A stretch of 64,000 bases of DNA from a candidate division FCPU426 bacterium. GTDB taxonomy: Bacteria > Oederibacteriota > Muellerivitia > Muellerivitales > Muellerivitaceae. Each line of letters begins with the position of its first letter. The stretch's first letter is position 1. The notes under the pieces were generated by a model. The model ran no database searches, had not been told where the DNA came from, and saw only the letters and a program-made list of their open reading frames with translations. The DNA lies in the NCBI GenBank assembly GCA_963796105.1, contig CAWCKJ010000002.1, positions 352,001-416,000 of the forward strand. The letters run 5' to 3'. Positions 59,649 through 64,000 of the stretch are shown here, piece by piece. A program made the translations under genes and the position numbers.

Positions 59649-60296
59649 ATGAAGAGGGAACGGGGCCGCAAATCAAAATTCACCTTCATCCAATCACCCT
59701 GGCATGAGGCGGGACGCAGGTTGGTGGAGAAGTCCATAAGAAAACTCATGGATAGCGGCGGGCTGGAGGAGTTCTTATCCGCCATTGAGGACGTGGACTT
59801 TCCTTTCGAGATTTTACCCAATCGTTTTGACCCGGTAATCACCAAGGAATTCTACTCGGATGAGCTGGGAATCAAATTCGGGAAGATCGGCGGCCTCTTT
59901 TGGCGCGCGATCGGGGAGACCCCTTTCGCGGTGAAGAACAAGAAAAAAGTTTTTCCCTTGGGCAAGAATTCCGCCAAGCTGATCGCGCCGGGAATACCCC
60001 TCACCCGTGTGAACCCCAAGATTGTCAGGCTTTGCTTCGGGTCCTATTGCGTGAGGCTTTACCAGGCGTCTTTGGGCCGGGTTTCAAAGTCGGGAGGGAA
60101 GCGAAGCTTTTCATCTCCCATGAGGGAGCTGGTGGTCGCCTGGCTGGGGTTATTGGCCTGGGATAATGAGTTTATTACCCATCTGGGTTTTGCCCGTTGG
60201 GCATGGGCCCAGGGCCTTTTACGGCCCTTACACCGGTGGACCGCCTTCAAGGCGGTGGATCCTTTCCCGGAGGACCTGGAATTCGGCTTTGATTAA
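59649..60296 (+). CDS. Hypothetical protein
   Basis: GGAGG RBS, ~215-aa ORF, no recognised motif. Confidence 0.6.
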   Translation: MKRERGRKSKFTFIQSPWHEAGRRLVEKSIRKLMDSGGLEEFLSAIEDVDFPFEILPNRFDPVITKEFYSDELGIKFGKIGGLFWRAIGETPFAVKNKKKVFPLGKNSAKLIAPGIPLTRVNPKIVRLCFGSYCVRLYQASLGRVSKSGGKRSFSSPMRELVVAWLGLLAWDNEFITHLGFARWAWAQGLLRPLHRWTAFKAVDPFPEDLEFGFD

Positions 60297-60364
60297 GATT
60301 TTGAAAAACCCCTATTAGTGTTAAAATTCAGTTAATAAAAGAGACTATTCAGCGGGAGGGGTCT

Positions 60365-60733
60365 ATGCCTCAGGCCAATCTTTTCGTGGAAAAAAGGGAA
60401 CATCCCAGGGTTTCAGTCAAGATCCCCATCACTTATTACTTCGCCGAGGATAACCTCGACCACATCGTCCAATGGCGCTTGCAGGACCAGAACGCGCAGG
60501 CCTTGGATTTGAGCCTGAGCGGAATGCATATCGTCGTGGATCACAAATTGCTGACTGGCACCGTGATCCGCCTGGATATGACCCTGCCCCACAAACCGGA
60601 GCCCTTGACCTTGTTCGCCGAGGTGGTTTGGAGCAACGAGAACGGCGCCGGGCTTCATTTCATCGAGATGCTTCTCGATGACGTGGAAGCCTTGAAAACC
60701 TACGTGACTGAAATAGGTACAGCTTCGAAATAG
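60365..60733 (+). CDS. PilZ-domain c-di-GMP binding protein
   Basis: EKREHPR (RxxxR) and DLSLSG (DxSxxG), AEVVW, GLHF. Confidence 0.9.
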   Translation: MPQANLFVEKREHPRVSVKIPITYYFAEDNLDHIVQWRLQDQNAQALDLSLSGMHIVVDHKLLTGTVIRLDMTLPHKPEPLTLFAEVVWSNENGAGLHFIEMLLDDVEALKTYVTEIGTASK

Positions 60734-60803
60734 TTTCCTGCCAGTCCATACCAGTCATTCAACAAAGCAGATGACCCCCGCGTCAGATTAAAGGCCTCCG
60801 TCC

Positions 60804-61709
60804 ATGTCACAATCCGATAAATTTGCCCTCCTGGGGCTTTGCCTTCTCAGCGGTACGGCTATAGCCTTTTTCACCTGGAAAAAATGGTTCTTTCATAATC
60901 CGTACACCGAAAAGCCGGTATCCCGCTGGTCCGGCATCAAAAAGAAAAAACCCGAGGTGTTCCAGCTCGAGACAGCCCAGCATTTGTTGGCCAGGGGTTC
61001 TTTTGATTTGGCGGAAAAAGCGTTCAAGTCCCTGTTGGAAACCGCGCCAGGAAGCGTCGAAGCCCATGTGGGCCTGGCTGAGTGCCTGTTCCATGAAGTC
61101 ATAAAGGGATTGAGGACGGACCAGGGCAAGAAGGCGGAAGCCCTCACCCAATATCAATGGATCTTGGATTATTACATCAAGGCCGGCCAGAACCGGGAAA
61201 TGGTCGATTTATACAAAAAACTTTTGGGCCCCTATACCGCCAAAGAATTCGGGGAGAAGTACCGGGCTTTCATGGACGAGCATGCCAAGGACCACGGAGG
61301 GGCTTTGGTCCAGGACCGCGTAACCTTCGAGGAGCACCGGAAAAAACTCCGGGAGGATTTCGACGTCTATGAGGGCAGAGGGGACTTTTCCCACGCTTAT
61401 AACACCATCGAGGAGATCCTCAAAAAGGACGACCTTTTTGACATTGATCCGGCCCTATTGAGCCGGGGCGGGGAAGTGTGTTTGCGGGTGAACGAGATAA
61501 AAACCGCCGAGAAAATATTCGAATTCGTCGCCAAGAGGGGGGACCTCCCCCAGACAGTCCGGGCTTTGGAGGTGCTTTCCCAGTACTGGCTGAAAACCCA
61601 AAGACAGATCGACCTCGCCCGGCTTTACCGGGAAAGCGACTCGCGGTTCGTTGACTGCCATTTGTTTCCCGAATGGGTGGAACTGGGGAAGAAGCTGAGG
61701 GAGTCGTAA
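60804..61709 (+). CDS. Membrane-anchored TPR-like protein
   Basis: N-terminal TM; AEKAFKSLLETAPGSVEAHVGLAECL TPR-like helices. Confidence 0.65.
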   Translation: MSQSDKFALLGLCLLSGTAIAFFTWKKWFFHNPYTEKPVSRWSGIKKKKPEVFQLETAQHLLARGSFDLAEKAFKSLLETAPGSVEAHVGLAECLFHEVIKGLRTDQGKKAEALTQYQWILDYYIKAGQNREMVDLYKKLLGPYTAKEFGEKYRAFMDEHAKDHGGALVQDRVTFEEHRKKLREDFDVYEGRGDFSHAYNTIEEILKKDDLFDIDPALLSRGGEVCLRVNEIKTAEKIFEFVAKRGDLPQTVRALEVLSQYWLKTQRQIDLARLYRESDSRFVDCHLFPEWVELGKKLRES

Positions 61710-61901
61710 GCCCTTTTGAGGGTTCCCAATTCATTTGCGCAACCTTTTCGGCGAAAACCCATGATAATAAACTTTCAACCAAAAGCTTTTTTAACCGCAA
61801 TTTTTTGCGATAAGGGGTACCATTTCTGGGATGGAATCATGGAAAATTGATGCTCTGATCCCTGTTGTGTTGCCGCCATGAATCATCCCTGGGAGTACGC
61901 G

Positions 61902-62879
61902 ATGCGCTGGTACTTTTTTTTCGCCATTACGGGTGGTGCCATCATCCTTTCGGCAGGCTGTCAAAGGGACATCTCGATCGCCCCGAACCATATCACGCAG
62001 TCGATGACCGCCACCGCGACTCCTACCGCAAGCCATGCCGTTTATACCGAGACTCCCACACCAACCACTGCCTATCCCGTGACTTTGGGAACTACGGGAA
62101 GTCTTGACGCCGGAACCTTCAAGGACACCTCCGGCGTGGCCGCGGGATATAACGAGATTTACGTCGGGGATTACCAGGACAATGTCATCGAGGTATTTGA
62201 CCTCCAGGGCCATTACCTGTCTAGTTTCCCGGCCAACAACCCCTGCGGGCTGGCCCTATCCACGGATTCCCATCTCTATGCCGCGGATTACGACGGGGGA
62301 AGGGTGGATGAATATACCCTTACCGGCGTTCCAGTCGCTTCCTTCTACGGAAGCGGGTTCAATTCCGCGTCATCCAATTTTTCCGGGCCCACAGGCGTGG
62401 TGGTGGACGCCGCCAACCATCTTTGGGTTTGCGATTATGAGATGGACCAGGTCTGCGAGGTGGACCAAACCGACGCCATCCTGGCCGCTTCCGGCGGGAT
62501 ATCCCTCAACGGCCCCTTCAACCTCGCGCTCGACCAGAATGGCAATGTCTATGTCACTGACACCCTGAACAACCGAATCGTGGAGTACAATCCCAGCCTG
62601 GTTTACCAAACGCAATTCGGGGAAGGCGGTCCGGGGAACACGGCGAACGGGAATTTCTTCATGCCCGAGGGCCTCACTATTGACGCGGACGGCCATTTGA
62701 TCGTCTGCGACGCTGGCAACGCCAGGGTCCAAAAGATAACGACTTCCGGGGCTTACCTGGAAACCATCGGGGCATCAGCCGGCTTTTATTGGCCCTGGTT
62801 TACCGCAGTTGATACCAGCCACCATGTCTTTGTCTCGGATAATCACAATCTTTTTGTTTATATATTCCAGGACAATTAA
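61902..62879 (+). CDS. NHL-repeat lipoprotein
   Basis: Lipobox LSAGC, short TPT linker, FSGPTGVVVD / LNGPFNLALD / FFMPEGLTID repeats; start may be 61878. Confidence 0.85.
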   Translation: MRWYFFFAITGGAIILSAGCQRDISIAPNHITQSMTATATPTASHAVYTETPTPTTAYPVTLGTTGSLDAGTFKDTSGVAAGYNEIYVGDYQDNVIEVFDLQGHYLSSFPANNPCGLALSTDSHLYAADYDGGRVDEYTLTGVPVASFYGSGFNSASSNFSGPTGVVVDAANHLWVCDYEMDQVCEVDQTDAILAASGGISLNGPFNLALDQNGNVYVTDTLNNRIVEYNPSLVYQTQFGEGGPGNTANGNFFMPEGLTIDADGHLIVCDAGNARVQKITTSGAYLETIGASAGFYWPWFTAVDTSHHVFVSDNHNLFVYIFQDN

Positions 62880-62907
62880 AGTGGATCAACCGGAAAAGGA
62901 GGGCTCA

Positions 62908-64000
62908 ATGAGGAAAGCGCCGTGCAAAACCCTTAATGCCGCGCGTGATTTTCGGGTCTTTCTCCGAAAAACGGCTTCGGCGCTTATATTCGTCATTCTT
63001 TTTAACCCCTATTCGCCCGTTTTTTCCCAGGTGACTTACCCCGTCTCGAACATGGATGATTTGGGAAACGCCACTGACTCAATCAATTCCGGCGGGGCCC
63101 CCGCCACCCTCCAATTCGACAATAATTCCCTCAATCTTTCAGATTTAACCGTGGACCCTTCCCTGAATACCCTCCAATACAATACCGCCCTGGCTGATGG
63201 GAATGGGAACGGGTACATCAACCTCACCAACAGCCCCTTTGGAAGCACCGTCTTTTTCAACTCCATCGCCCTTTTGGAGGTAACCCCCAATTACCGGTTC
63301 AACCTCCTGGCCGCCGGGTCCTTCGGGCAGGACGTGAATGGAAACGGCTTGTCAGGCAACGCGGCGACATTAAGCGCCGGCACCTTACTTTTGGACGATT
63401 CCTCCTCCGTCAGGGTTTTGGGAGGTTCCGCCTCAGACGGCGTCTCCAACGCGGGCGCCTCCTATGTTGACGCAACCTCTGGGACTTTTCTGTCCTACCA
63501 GGGAGGCTATGGGGGCGACTCTTTCACGGGGGGGAACGGCGGAAACGCCGGAAGCGCCTCTGTCTCCGCCGGGTCCGCGACTTTCCTCAACGCTGGAATG
63601 ACCGTCCTGGGCGGGTATGCCGGGGCGGGGGGCGACGTTGGAATCGGAGGATCCGTAAGCCTGCCTGGTTTCGGCAACGAGGGATCATTGGCCCAAGGGG
63701 GCGACGGCGGGGTGTCCAACAGGGGAGGCGATGGCGGGGCCGGCGGGAGCGTGACTGTCTCCATGGGGCCGGTCAGCCTTCCTAATTCCTCCTTATATAC
63801 TCAAGGCAGTTCGGGCGGGAATGGGGGAGACGCGGGAAGCGGAGGCTGGGCTTTCATGGCTTCCGGCTCAGCGGGTTCCACCGCCCTCGGAGGTAACGGG
63901 GGTGCTTCTAACCAAGGCGGAAACGCAGGGGCGGGAGGTTCGGCATATGTTTCACTGGGGGGGGCATATGGATACCAAGGTAATTCTCAATTCGGCGGGG
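62908..64000 (+). CDS. Secreted glycine-rich (PGRS-like/autotransporter passenger-like) protein, 3' end outside window
   Basis: Frame from ATG 62908 (after GGAGGG) read by hand; signal-like N-terminus, GGNGGNAG / GGDGGAGG repeats; absent from the ORF track because there is no stop in the window. Confidence 0.75.
   Translation, partial: MRKAPCKTLNAARDFRVFLRKTASALIFVILFNPYSPVFSQVTYPVSNMDDLGNATDSINSGGAPATLQFDNNSLNLSDLTVDPSLNTLQYNTALADGNGNGYINLTNSPFGSTVFFNSIALLEVTPNYRFNLLAAGSFGQDVNGNGLSGNAATLSAGTLLLDDSSSVRVLGGSASDGVSNAGASYVDATSGTFLSYQGGYGGDSFTGGNGGNAGSASVSAGSATFLNAGMTVLGGYAGAGGDVGIGGSVSLPGFGNEGSLAQGGDGGVSNRGGDGGAGGSVTVSMGPVSLPNSSLYTQGSSGGNGGDAGSGGWAFMASGSAGSTALGGNGGASNQGGNAGAGGSAYVSLGGAYGYQGNSQFGG

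Noticed and set aside
1..64000. tRNA/rRNA genes, integrase, reverse transcriptase or prophage genes
   Set aside because: No such signatures recognised; tRNAscan-SE and HMM searches not run

Overview
Bacterial chromosomal window from a probable diderm (OM beta-barrel, lipoproteins, many secreted Thr/Pro-linker proteins); the lineage cannot be determined from sequence alone. In order: end of cysK, SnoaL-like and rhodanese genes; a type I-C-like CRISPR-Cas locus (truncated cas3-HD remnant, cas5-cas8-cas7-cas3, cas4-cas1-cas2, 47 identical 37-bp repeats) whose interference genes carry apparent frameshifts (cas5, cas7) and an IS1595-family insertion (cas3). Next is a hairpin/repeat-dense accessory region with an XRE regulator divergent from a 52-bp tandem array and a gene for an unusual ParB-HTH-like/TM/PDZ protein. 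Then OMP, LysM lipoprotein, S53 peptidase-NHL protein, galE-galT-GHMP kinase, an Ehr (hydrogenase-related, no NiFe ligands) operon led by an HTH-PTS IIA gene, NmrA, TMEM175, thiS-thiG-thiO/moeB, TPR-PBP, rmuC, four tandem GT-C-type putative protein glycosyltransferases, a 21-bp-periodic repeat tract, DUF167, PilZ, TPR and NHL proteins and the start of a Gly-rich secreted protein. Best novelty candidates: (1) the XRE / CTGGAAC array / membrane-anchored ParB-HTH-PDZ module, (2) a ~110-nt covarying four-way-junction motif in two diverged copies, (3) a dispersed TACC..GGCA hairpin family, (4) the GT-C cluster with Thr/Pro-rich candidate substrates. All family calls come from motif recognition by eye; no database searches were run.
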